From: Planctomycetaceae bacterium UBA7805
GTDB lineage: Bacteria > Planctomycetota > Planctomycetia > Pirellulales > UBA7805
DNA length: 64,000 nt
Direction: 5' to 3'
Assembly (NCBI GenBank): GCA_002480485.1
Contig: DLCF01000082.1
Location: 5,330-69,329 of the forward strand
The notes beneath the pieces are model-generated. The model was given only the letters and a program-made list of their open reading frames with translations, was not told the DNA's origin and made no database searches. Positions 29,509-38,032 of this stretch are shown here, piece by piece; the first letter of the stretch is position 1, and every line of letters starts with the position of its first letter. A program made the translations under genes and the position numbers.

Positions 29509-29835
29509 AAAAACGTCTTGATCGAAGCCTTCCGATTAGATCCCTGAGGGACAACTCTGAGGGAAGCCCCGACCGATTGTCGAGTCGGCGGAGCGCACGG
29601 AGTTTGATAAGGTTTGCGGTTGTTGCGGATTATACCGCCCAAGGCATCCGACTCACAGGTGTTTTCCAGCCGATAACCGCTGAAATCCATGCTTTCAACA
29701 TATAAAGATTCACCTGTACAAGCGTAACTGACCGAATCTTTTTGGTAGACGAGACGCAGTCTTTGTCTTCGGCACACGTCCGTTTCTGTCGCCGAGTAGA
29801 ACCGCACTACTGACCCCTTCCGGAGGAGTAAACCG

Positions 29836-30186
29836 ATGCGAAGCCATGTTCAGCGGCTCTCGATGCTCACCCTATTGTTGGTGATCGGTGGCTTGTGTGT
29901 TGAAGCTTCACTTGCGTCCAGGCCTTCCTATGGCCGCTCCAATATACAGTGTGGTTATCCCGTTTCGCAGCAAGACCTTTTCTATAATTACTATGTGGGG
30001 AATTCCTCATGCGGGGTCCCGGCACAGCTTTATCTTTGCCCACAACCGACACCCGCTCTTGTGGGGCACACCTATTACACTTATCAACCGCTGCTTCCCC
30101 ACGAAATGATGTACCGACATGACCGCACCTATTTTCGCATCCATCCAGACGGATCCGCTGTGAAAACAAAAGTCCGCTGGCGATAA
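29836..30186 (+). CDS. Small secreted protein, Tyr/Pro/Cys-rich
   Basis: 116 aa ORF with signal peptide MLTLLLVIGGLCVEASLA and a motif-like stretch LYLCPQPTPALVGHTYYTYQPLLPHEMMYRHDRTYF. Confidence 0.55.
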   Translation: MRSHVQRLSMLTLLLVIGGLCVEASLASRPSYGRSNIQCGYPVSQQDLFYNYYVGNSSCGVPAQLYLCPQPTPALVGHTYYTYQPLLPHEMMYRHDRTYFRIHPDGSAVKTKVRWR

Positions 30187-30257
30187 CCAGTAGACGGATC
30201 CAAGCAGAAAAGATTCACAAAACCAAATTTTATCCCCGCTTGGGGAAATAAAAGACT

Positions 30258-30710
30258 GTGATAGGAAATGAGGATATGAAGTCTACCGCCGCTCTACTCA
30301 TCTTTTTTTGGGCCGGTTTATGTGTTGCTCAAGCACCAAGTGAATTAAGTTCGGTGCCGGGGTGCCCGACGTGCCAGAGCGGCACATGCCTGCCGACCAG
30401 CGGGGCGTACTGGGCGAACTATGGTCATTGCGGACGAAAGTGTCAGACAGCCCTGAGTTATCCCTGGCAGTGCGGCTATTACTACACGCCTTGGGGTGCC
30501 CCAACGACCTTGGTTGTTCCGCCGACCGCCGAGCGACAGTACAGTATGGGCTGGGGCGTTGGAAATACGCGCCTCACACGCATTTATCCGCAGTTCGGCA
30601 GGCCTTATCCGGGTGCAGTCATGGGGCCTGGTGGGCGATTTCTTGCGACCCCATACTGGCCCAGCGATACGGCCCAATTCGGCGTTAATTATGTGCGTGG
30701 TCCGTGGTAG
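30258..30710 (+). CDS. Small secreted protein, Cys/Trp/Tyr/Gly-rich
   Basis: 150 aa ORF. The signal peptide is KSTAALLIFFWAGLCVAQA, so the start may be the ATG at 30276. An N-terminal Cys cluster reads GCPTCQSGTC...HCGRKC...QCGYYYTPWG. Confidence 0.55.
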   Translation: MIGNEDMKSTAALLIFFWAGLCVAQAPSELSSVPGCPTCQSGTCLPTSGAYWANYGHCGRKCQTALSYPWQCGYYYTPWGAPTTLVVPPTAERQYSMGWGVGNTRLTRIYPQFGRPYPGAVMGPGGRFLATPYWPSDTAQFGVNYVRGPW

Positions 30711-30736
30711 CTTGCGGACTTACCACGAATCAGGAC

Positions 30737-33286
30737 CTATTGCCTTTCGGCTTCAGTCTCAGTGCATGTGGCCAATAACGTTTCGAAACGTTCTCGCCAA
30801 AGATCACCCCCTAGTTCGGGATAGAGCACTTGCGTGGTTCGGATTGTCTGCGCGGCCATCCTCACGTTGCCAAGCAGCATTCGCGCCTTGGCTTCTCCAT
30901 ATTTAGCGGCGAACCACTGTTCGGTTTGCGGACGGGAGCGCCTAGTGATCTCTCGATATTTACTTAGTGCTTCTCGTCGAGATGTGGCGTCACTTTGCTC
31001 AAGAAGTAAATCCGCGTACCGTGATTGAATTTTCCCGTCTCCCGAATATTCAGCCGCCAATTTACGGAGCAGAGTCAAAGCCTCTTTCGTCTTACCAAGC
31101 AGGGCAAGCGTTTCGGCTTGTATTAACGTCAGTTGCTTTTTCTCGGGATATGCAGAAAAATCACCCAGAATTTGAAAACACGCCATATTGATCTTTGCCC
31201 GTGTATCAAACGTTTGGTTTGGATCATTTTGGTTACCATTCCGAACCTTAATCTTATGTATATTCAATATCAGATTAATGATGTCTTGAGTGTCACCCGT
31301 GAATGCCTTAAGTACATCAAGCGCTTGCCCGAAACGTCCCAATCCCACCAAGCATTCCACCTGAAGTGCATGAAGCCGCGCATGATTTTTCCGATCATCC
31401 TGAGCAATACTCCCCAGTCCCTGCTTGATCAGTTCGAGTACACCACGATATGGAATCGGTGAATAGTGCATCTGCAGTGCCGCGGCGTCGGCGACCACCG
31501 AGGCCGCCATCGGGCTGCCGGCATTGATAAGCCTCTCGGCGGCATCGCGCATGGATTGAGTCAATGCAGTTGACCGTTTGCTCAACTGGGGATCATTTTT
31601 TTCTGCTAAATCGGCACAATTTCTGAGGCAGCATGTTCCCGCAATTCGGATTGCCTCCGGGTAGACCAAACTACTCGGATCGATTTCAAATAGAATTTCA
31701 CTTGCAGAAGACCATTTTTTTTCGGCGGCTAGCATGCGGCCTAACCAGAGTCGTGCTCGATTCGAAGAGTTATCCGTGGGCCATCGTCGAAGGTGATCCC
31801 TCAATAACTCTTGGTATGGTGAAAACGCTTCCGGTGGACTCCCTTTCAAAGCTTGAGCAATATTGTAAGCGGCCATTAGATGCGCTTCTGCGGCGCCTGA
31901 TTCTTGGGGATAGGTGATCGCGATGCGCCTCAATTTTTTACTTGCCGCCCGATAGTTTTGAATTTCGTATTGGATCATTGCGGATTTAAGGTAAAGCTCA
32001 AACGCTTTCGCGAGGTCTTTTTGATTGTCCGCCTTTCTCGCCGCTTCATCATAGATTCTAGCGGACTCGGTAAATTGTCCTGCTTGATAAAGCCCCTCCG
32101 CGGCCCTCTCTAACAACGCATATCCATGTTGCGATGGGTCAATAGTCATTTGACGTCCGAAGAGTGCTCGTGCTCGCTGCAACCAATACGGATCGTGGAG
32201 ATTCTCAATCAACTCAAGTTGACTTTCAGCACGCGCGTTCCAGTTTTTGGTGTTTTCTATTTTCTCGTTACTAGCAGCTTGAAGCATGACTTGCAGTTCA
32301 CAGAAATCAACTTCCGCCTCCACCTCTGGGCTGTAATTCACCGGTTGATTCAATGCCTTGAGTGCGTCGAGATAACGCCCACTTGCACTGAATTGTCTGG
32401 CCAATTCCAGGCAAATTTGACCTCGCACATCGACCGGTAGATTTTCTGATAGATAGGAGTCTTTCAGTTGCTGAAAAAGATTTTGATCTTTTTTACCTCC
32501 AAGTAATCTTAGACAGGCTAATCGCGAAACTCGGCTATCCCAATCGATGGGGTCATTTTTTGCAGCGAGAGGGGAAAGGATCTCCTTGGCTTGTTGCAGG
32601 GCATGGATGCGATCAGAGCTCCCTGCTTGATAACAGCGTGCCTGCTCCATCCAGCTCTGGGATAAATCTTTTTCTGCCGCCGTTTGGAGACGAAGCAAAG
32701 CACTGTTCGGTAACCGGTTTTCCACAGAAGAGTGCAGAGCCTTATTAATTTTTTTAAGAGTCTTTTCAGCAGTCTTTTGAGCATGCTGCAAATACCGAAT
32801 TGACTCTTTTCTCTTTGGCTTCGGATCCAAGACCCCCGCACTGAGCTGCCGGATGAATTTTCCACGTAGTAGCGCAACGTGTGCGCGTTGCCTCCATACC
32901 ATTGGGTCCAAAACGTTCTCTGGATTATCTTCAAGCCAACGCTCTAAAACATTTTCAGCTTGTTTCCAATGTGCGACACTGGATTGTGGGGAGCATTGCC
33001 TTGCCCAAGCGGTATAGGCACGTGATAAATCCACCACCGTATTAACGCGTGATATGGGATCGAGGGTGTTGACCGCGAGACGTTCCTCGCAAGCTAAAAC
33101 TGCTAGGGGGAAAAGTCGTCTATCCAAGAGTCCGTCGATGAACTTCTCTTCGGCCGCCTGTTGATCTTCCGTTACTAGGGCAGGGCAGTCATTCGGCAGA
33201 ACAGCAACCGACCCCACTGCGATAAACGTGGTGAGCAATCCGATATAGGCGGTGTGCAACGGGGATCTGCTGAATTTTAACGGCAT
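30737..33286 (-). CDS. Large TPR-repeat protein (secreted or periplasmic)
   Basis: All-helical, with repeated A/L/Y TPR-like 34-mers throughout. The start is refined to the ATG at 33284-33286 (MPLKFSRSPLHTAYIGLLTTFIAVGSVAV), which removes the overlap with exbD. The ORF track's maximum is 33457. Confidence 0.7.
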   Translation of the reverse strand: MPLKFSRSPLHTAYIGLLTTFIAVGSVAVLPNDCPALVTEDQQAAEEKFIDGLLDRRLFPLAVLACEERLAVNTLDPISRVNTVVDLSRAYTAWARQCSPQSSVAHWKQAENVLERWLEDNPENVLDPMVWRQRAHVALLRGKFIRQLSAGVLDPKPKRKESIRYLQHAQKTAEKTLKKINKALHSSVENRLPNSALLRLQTAAEKDLSQSWMEQARCYQAGSSDRIHALQQAKEILSPLAAKNDPIDWDSRVSRLACLRLLGGKKDQNLFQQLKDSYLSENLPVDVRGQICLELARQFSASGRYLDALKALNQPVNYSPEVEAEVDFCELQVMLQAASNEKIENTKNWNARAESQLELIENLHDPYWLQRARALFGRQMTIDPSQHGYALLERAAEGLYQAGQFTESARIYDEAARKADNQKDLAKAFELYLKSAMIQYEIQNYRAASKKLRRIAITYPQESGAAEAHLMAAYNIAQALKGSPPEAFSPYQELLRDHLRRWPTDNSSNRARLWLGRMLAAEKKWSSASEILFEIDPSSLVYPEAIRIAGTCCLRNCADLAEKNDPQLSKRSTALTQSMRDAAERLINAGSPMAASVVADAAALQMHYSPIPYRGVLELIKQGLGSIAQDDRKNHARLHALQVECLVGLGRFGQALDVLKAFTGDTQDIINLILNIHKIKVRNGNQNDPNQTFDTRAKINMACFQILGDFSAYPEKKQLTLIQAETLALLGKTKEALTLLRKLAAEYSGDGKIQSRYADLLLEQSDATSRREALSKYREITRRSRPQTEQWFAAKYGEAKARMLLGNVRMAAQTIRTTQVLYPELGGDLWRERFETLLATCTETEAERQ

Positions 33287-33350
33287 AGATTGAAGCGCCT
33301 CTATTTTGATGCTAAGTGTTTTATGGGCATCAACCACAATTCCCATCTTA

Positions 33351-33809
33351 TCATTTGGCGAAAGACGCATCCGCAGCAAATTGAATTTGGGAAAACCCAA
33401 CTTTACGCCCCAAATCGTAAGTGTAGATCGCATCACCCAGAGGCACGTCTGGACCAATGTCGAGGATCAATGGGACCCCCGAATTAATCTTTGAAAGTGC
33501 CAGAAGCTTTCGCTCAACGGTTTGTAATTGCGCACATGGTTGCCCGTTGATGCTCCAGGTCGGAGCGCCGAGTGACCACCTGATACGAATCAGCACCGGA
33601 TCCATTTCTTCAGTCATATCAGATGTCTCTACGATTTCGGTGCCCGGGGGTAATTCGAGTTGAATGCGACTCGGAAGATTTTGCTCCACAATCTGAAAAC
33701 TCGCTGTGCAGATGAAAAAAATTAGCAATAAGAACACCACGTCAATCATTGGTGTCATCGTGACATCCCGGCGCTTCTCCGCTTGCTTATTGAAATCAGG
33801 AATCCGCAT
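33351..33809 (-). CDS. exbD: ExbD/TolR family biopolymer transport protein (copy 2)
   Basis: MTPMIDVVFLLLIFFI is a TM helix with the conserved Asp. 152 aa. Confidence 0.85.
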   Translation of the reverse strand: MRIPDFNKQAEKRRDVTMTPMIDVVFLLLIFFICTASFQIVEQNLPSRIQLELPPGTEIVETSDMTEEMDPVLIRIRWSLGAPTWSINGQPCAQLQTVERKLLALSKINSGVPLILDIGPDVPLGDAIYTYDLGRKVGFSQIQFAADASFAK

Positions 33810-33859
33810 CAGTTTGCTGTTTTTGTTATCCGCACATAAATTGCGATGGACGTGGGCTG

Positions 33860-34300
33860 TTAATTTAGATCATCGATAGGCCGGATTACCGCGAATTGCA
33901 CATTCCAAATATCCAACTCTGCACAACTCACCAGGATGGGCTCGATCGCCCTGTAGGGAATGGAGCGATCTCCTCGAATACGCACTTCGAGCTTCCCCTG
34001 AGCTCGTTTCAATTCGCTCTGCAACTGTGTCCTCAGTTTCGCAGGCGGCACAATGCGTGATCCGAAGGAAATTTGAAAACCAGACTGCCGAGATGAAATA
34101 TTAACAGTCAGTGTTCTGTTATCGGCCTGAACATTTTCATCTCCGGTTTCTGCGGCCGGCAGGTCGAGCTCGGCGTGCGCTTCCTGTTTTTGAAGATGAC
34201 TGGAAACAAGAAAAAAGATGATCAACAAAAAGACTACATCAATCATCGGTGTCATGTTCATTTCCAATCGGCCACCACGATTGCTCAGAGGAACACGCAT
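33860..34300 (-). CDS. exbD: ExbD/TolR family biopolymer transport protein (copy 1)
   Basis: MTPMIDVVFLLIIFFLV is a TM helix with the conserved Asp. 146 aa. Confidence 0.85.
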   Translation of the reverse strand: MRVPLSNRGGRLEMNMTPMIDVVFLLIIFFLVSSHLQKQEAHAELDLPAAETGDENVQADNRTLTVNISSRQSGFQISFGSRIVPPAKLRTQLQSELKRAQGKLEVRIRGDRSIPYRAIEPILVSCAELDIWNVQFAVIRPIDDLN

Positions 34301-34321
34301 AAAAAATTCCGAATACGATTT

Positions 34322-35140
34322 TTACGTTTGCGTTGGTGGCGGATTTGAAGCACTCGTACTCGCAGCTTGCTTTCGTTGATTGCGTCGACGTTTCAGTGGC
34401 AAAAACACCTGTTGTGCCAAGTGCGATCCGTCCGCAACCAATTGATCAATGTGATTGCGAAAGATTGCGAATGCGGCCAGGGCGGGAATCGCCACTAACA
34501 GCCCTCCGACGGTGGTAACAAGTGCCTGATAAATTCCGGTGGCAAGATCTGCAGCCCGCGCGCTGCCTTCTGTGCTTGCCACTTCCTGGAAGGCAAAGAT
34601 CATTCCAAAAACTGTACCCAACAGCCCGACCATCGGCGCAATATTCGCAATCACCGACAAATATTCTATTTTTCTCAGCAGCTTGGCCGCCTGTTCTGCC
34701 GTCGCATCCTCCATGGCTTTTTCAACTGCACTCCATCCACTTTCGGCCTCTGTGATTCCTGCCTGCAACACAACGCTCAAGAAGCTCGGTTTCGCTTTGC
34801 ACGCGGCATTTGCTCCACTCACATCACCTGCCACAAGACACCGTTGCACGTCTCCGGCAAGTCCTGTCGGAAGAAGAATATTTCGCCGGAGAGATAATAA
34901 GTGCTCGATAATGAGGGCTACAAGGCTGATAGAAAGACCAAGCAGTAGCATGACAATCAGAAATCCGGTTACACCGCCTGAAAAAACGATCTCAAAAAAT
35001 CCATCCTGCCCCCGCATCGCTTCGGCCTCTCTGTCAGATGTGCTATCAGCGGCGATTGCGTTCGTCCATAACACTAGATGAAGTGAGGCGGCAAAGAGAA
35101 ACCGCCCTCCAGTCATAAAAACGTCATGCATAATTATCAT
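34322..35140 (-). CDS. exbB: MotA/TolQ/ExbB proton-channel family protein with an N-terminal signal peptide and extension
   Basis: The C-terminal MotA_ExbB core reads LSVIANIAPMVGLLGTVFGMIFAF...ATGIYQALVTTVGGLLVAIPA. 272 aa. Confidence 0.85.
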   Translation of the reverse strand: MIIMHDVFMTGGRFLFAASLHLVLWTNAIAADSTSDREAEAMRGQDGFFEIVFSGGVTGFLIVMLLLGLSISLVALIIEHLLSLRRNILLPTGLAGDVQRCLVAGDVSGANAACKAKPSFLSVVLQAGITEAESGWSAVEKAMEDATAEQAAKLLRKIEYLSVIANIAPMVGLLGTVFGMIFAFQEVASTEGSARAADLATGIYQALVTTVGGLLVAIPALAAFAIFRNHIDQLVADGSHLAQQVFLPLKRRRNQRKQAASTSASNPPPTQT

Positions 35141-35150
35141 TTTAGGGCAC

Positions 35151-36302
35151 TTAGTCGAGGTCTTCTTTTCTTTGCTTGGCCTCGGCCGCTGCCGTGCTTT
35201 GAGGATAAGTGTTGATCAGTTCGGTATAAATTTTTTTTGCCTCGGTTGGAAGGCGAGCTTCAACGCTTACTTTCCAAGCCGTGAGTAATGCCTCGGCGGC
35301 AAGGTTTGGGTTAGCATCATCAAGAATTGCCACGCGCATCGCAGCGACCGCGGCCTTACGATTCTCTCCGGTGCGCTCGTAAAGCCTGCTCAAAATATAA
35401 TAGGGCCCCCCCTGTAGCGACAGGGGAAGTTGTTCGACTGTTTTGCGACATAGCTCAATCTTATCCGCCGAGGCATATGGTAACTGCGTGCGCAACCATT
35501 GAGCCCTGGCGAGTGCATTGAGGGGTGGTATTGCTGTCTCGGCTAAGTTGAGAAGTACGCGTTCGGCCTGTTGTGATTTTCGAGTTCCCAGGAGCAGACT
35601 ACTTCCAAGAAGTTGGGCTATCGGCCTTGCTAGATCCTCCATCCACGCCACGGCAGTCGCTTCCGCTTGGGGAGATGGAGTGAATCCCCCGGCCCAGATC
35701 AATGGAATGCAATGCATATATGGAGTTCCCGGATCTTTGTGGAATAATTGTAGAAATGCCTTGCTCGCTTGAAAGTGTTTCCCGTCCGCTCGTAGTGCCA
35801 GAACCAACTCCGAACGGATTTCACATTGCACCCAATTGCGATCTTCGGCCCCACTTTCCAGAAGGCGGTAATAGTTGCTTGCAGCTTTTTCAAACTGCCC
35901 CGCTTTGGTTGCCAGCCGTGCCGCCCGCTGCGCGGGTGTACGCTGAGAGTCAATGCGTATCACCTGCTCGGCGGGAATCACCCGTTTTTGCCCACTTGTC
36001 AACATGATCGTCAAACCTTGGCCGTTGAAATCAACGATTGTTCCTTTCAACTGTCGCACCTGCTGCTGCCGGTAGTGCACCGTATCGCTCGCTACGATAT
36101 CTGCCGATGCAAAACCACCAAAGTGGCCGATTACAAAAGCCATTATCAGCAGGTACATAATCCATTTGATCGTCGGCCTGCATCGGTGGAATGTATACCA
36201 GATGATAATAAGTATCACTCCAAAAAAATTAGTCTGCTGCATTGGTTGGGCTGAGTCGATCGGTATTAAAGAATAGATATTCGCCTCCATTCTCTCTTGC
36301 AA
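35151..36302 (-). CDS. Membrane-anchored or secreted helical-repeat (TPR-like) protein
   Basis: 383 aa maximal ORF that overlaps the vWA gene end. Likely starts are ATG 36242 or ATG 36158 (MYLLIMAFVIGHFGGFASA). The C-terminal two thirds are helical and TPR-like. Confidence 0.6.
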   Translation of the reverse strand: MQERMEANIYSLIPIDSAQPMQQTNFFGVILIIIWYTFHRCRPTIKWIMYLLIMAFVIGHFGGFASADIVASDTVHYRQQQVRQLKGTIVDFNGQGLTIMLTSGQKRVIPAEQVIRIDSQRTPAQRAARLATKAGQFEKAASNYYRLLESGAEDRNWVQCEIRSELVLALRADGKHFQASKAFLQLFHKDPGTPYMHCIPLIWAGGFTPSPQAEATAVAWMEDLARPIAQLLGSSLLLGTRKSQQAERVLLNLAETAIPPLNALARAQWLRTQLPYASADKIELCRKTVEQLPLSLQGGPYYILSRLYERTGENRKAAVAAMRVAILDDANPNLAAEALLTAWKVSVEARLPTEAKKIYTELINTYPQSTAAAEAKQRKEDLD

Positions 36303-37221
36303 TTTTCTTTAGCCAATTATCTCCCACTTCGACATCGCTGCCGAATTGAATGACGTTGATTGTCGCGCGCCCTTTATTTCGCCGTCGTATGCGCGCAAGG
36401 TCTGAATTACTGAGGCTTGGTTCAGTTCCGTCGGTAAGAAAAAAAATACAATCGCCATTGAGCGCGATGGCTTTCAATAATGGATCCAAATGACGAGTTG
36501 CCCCATTGGCAGCAATTTTCCGCAGGTACTCATCGGCCGCTGATTTATTTTTTTCACTCGCAAAAAAGAGTTTTCCGGAAAAGTTTTTATCCTGTGAGGG
36601 ATGAAAAATGTCTAAAAATTCGTTGTAGAAAATAATTTCAAATTGGTTCAATTTTCCAAGATCCTGAAGGCTATTTGTGATCTCACGCTTGGCCGCCTCC
36701 AGGGGACGACCCTCCATGCTTCCGGATCGATCAAAGAGATAAACGAATTTATTTCCGACACCGGTGACGCCGAATACTCCTGTTCTCACCTTTCCACCGT
36801 CGATATTTCTGAGACCATCCCCCTTTCCTTCCAATCCCAGTCGACCTCCGCTATCGTTGTTGGCCACAGCAGGGCCGACACCCGCCGCGGGGTCCGGTAG
36901 AAAGGCGCTGGTGTCCAACGGGGATTCTCCCGCTCCAGGCAGTGCGGCAAAACTGTTCCCGCTCTCGGTGGCACTCGCCATATCGGTAGCTACCGAGATC
37001 TCGGAGTCTTCACCTTCGTAGTATTCCCCTTGCGATGTGACCCGCTTCAGCACAATTCCGGTTGTCCGATCCGGTTCGGTAACCACACCTGGGGGTATAG
37101 AACGAATTCCAATCACTAACAGGATCAAGAGCAAGCCATGAAAGACCATGGATGTAAACCACGCTGGCAGCATGTGTCGGAGTGCCTTCCGGTCGTCCGA
37201 AAGGGGACGCTGATTATGCAT
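36229..37221 (-). CDS. vWA-domain protein with a TonB-like N-terminal signal anchor
   Basis: ATG start. The single TM is LPAWFTSMVFHGLLLILLVIG (S24-x3-H28-G). A disordered linker of about 120 aa rich in P/G/A/S/E follows. The vWA domain has the MIDAS motif VYLFDRSGSMEG (D164-x-S-x-S). Confidence 0.75.
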   Translation of the reverse strand: MHNQRPLSDDRKALRHMLPAWFTSMVFHGLLLILLVIGIRSIPPGVVTEPDRTTGIVLKRVTSQGEYYEGEDSEISVATDMASATESGNSFAALPGAGESPLDTSAFLPDPAAGVGPAVANNDSGGRLGLEGKGDGLRNIDGGKVRTGVFGVTGVGNKFVYLFDRSGSMEGRPLEAAKREITNSLQDLGKLNQFEIIFYNEFLDIFHPSQDKNFSGKLFFASEKNKSAADEYLRKIAANGATRHLDPLLKAIALNGDCIFFLTDGTEPSLSNSDLARIRRRNKGRATINVIQFGSDVEVGDNWLKKIARENGGEYLFFNTDRLSPTNAAD

Positions 37222-37348
37222 GGGATCTGACGTTCGATAAAAATGGGGCGTGAAAAAAAAGATTCACAGGGATATACTTGTTCGGTTCGATAGTTTACCC
37301 GATGTTATCGAGCACGGCACGATTAATCCCGTGAATGCATGTGTAAAC

Positions 37349-37993
37349 ATGCATGATGTGGTGAAAATCATTGCACCAACGCAGGTGACTGCTTTCGCGA
37401 GGTATGATCCGGTGGAAATCATCAAATATCCCCATCCAACGCTTCGATACCAGAGCAAACCGCTCAAGCGGATTGACGCTGCGCTTCGAGAAACAATCAC
37501 CGAAATGTTTCAATTAATGTACGAAGCACAGGGCATCGGCCTCGCTGCTAATCAGGTCGATTTACCCTACCGATTATTCGTATTGAATATTCATGAAGAG
37601 CGGTCAAAAGAGCATGAGATGGTTTTTATAAATCCAGTGATATCCAAACCTAAGGATCCAGATGAAAAAGAAGAAGGATGTTTAAGTCTGCCCGGTGTGT
37701 ATGCTCCGGTTCGACGCCCAGCATCGATTCATCTAACGGCCTTGAATTTATCGGGTGAAACCATTGAGGGCGACTTCGGCGGACTTCTGGCGCGCGCAAT
37801 CCAACACGAAACGGATCACTTAGACGGTATACTATTTATCGACCGTTTAGCCGATCTTGTACAAAAACAACTGCAGGATGAGTTGGATCAGTTTCAGAAA
37901 ACACATGATGCAAATCGATCGCAAAATGTCATTCCACCGGATGAAATCATATTTGATCGACTTGCCGCAATGGAATCTGCCTATTGTGTGTAG
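37349..37993 (+). CDS. def: Peptide deformylase
   Basis: GIGLAANQV, EGCLSLPG and HETDHLDG motifs are present. The ORF track's GTG at 37250 would add about 33 non-conserved residues, so the ATG at 37349 is preferred. The start remains uncertain. Confidence 0.88.
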   Translation: MHDVVKIIAPTQVTAFARYDPVEIIKYPHPTLRYQSKPLKRIDAALRETITEMFQLMYEAQGIGLAANQVDLPYRLFVLNIHEERSKEHEMVFINPVISKPKDPDEKEEGCLSLPGVYAPVRRPASIHLTALNLSGETIEGDFGGLLARAIQHETDHLDGILFIDRLADLVQKQLQDELDQFQKTHDANRSQNVIPPDEIIFDRLAAMESAYCV

Positions 37994-38032
37994 TAAAGAT
38001 TTGTCTGGATTGTTCTTCTCAATGGAAATAGC

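Noticed and set aside
29478-29807. A 109 aa minus-strand ORF in the divergent region upstream of top6B.
   Set aside because: It has no motif, it overlaps the putative top6B start region, and its composition looks random. It is probably a promoter or UTR region.
33287-33457. An apparent 107-nt overlap between the 906 aa TPR ORF and exbD copy 2.
   Set aside because: The overlap is resolved by using the internal ATG at 33286. That start gives a signal-anchor-like N-terminus. The upstream 57 codons lie in the shadow of exbD.
34539-35081. A 180 aa plus-strand ORF antisense to exbB. There are similar long antisense ORFs at 59673-60185 (thyA), 39256-39801 (miaB), 54167-54673 (lysA), 52617-53105 (ptsN), 19187-19705 and 61614-62123.
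   Set aside because: Each lies entirely within a gene on the opposite strand that has strong family motifs. Their translations are Ser/Arg/Pro/Ala-rich, as is typical of shadow ORFs.
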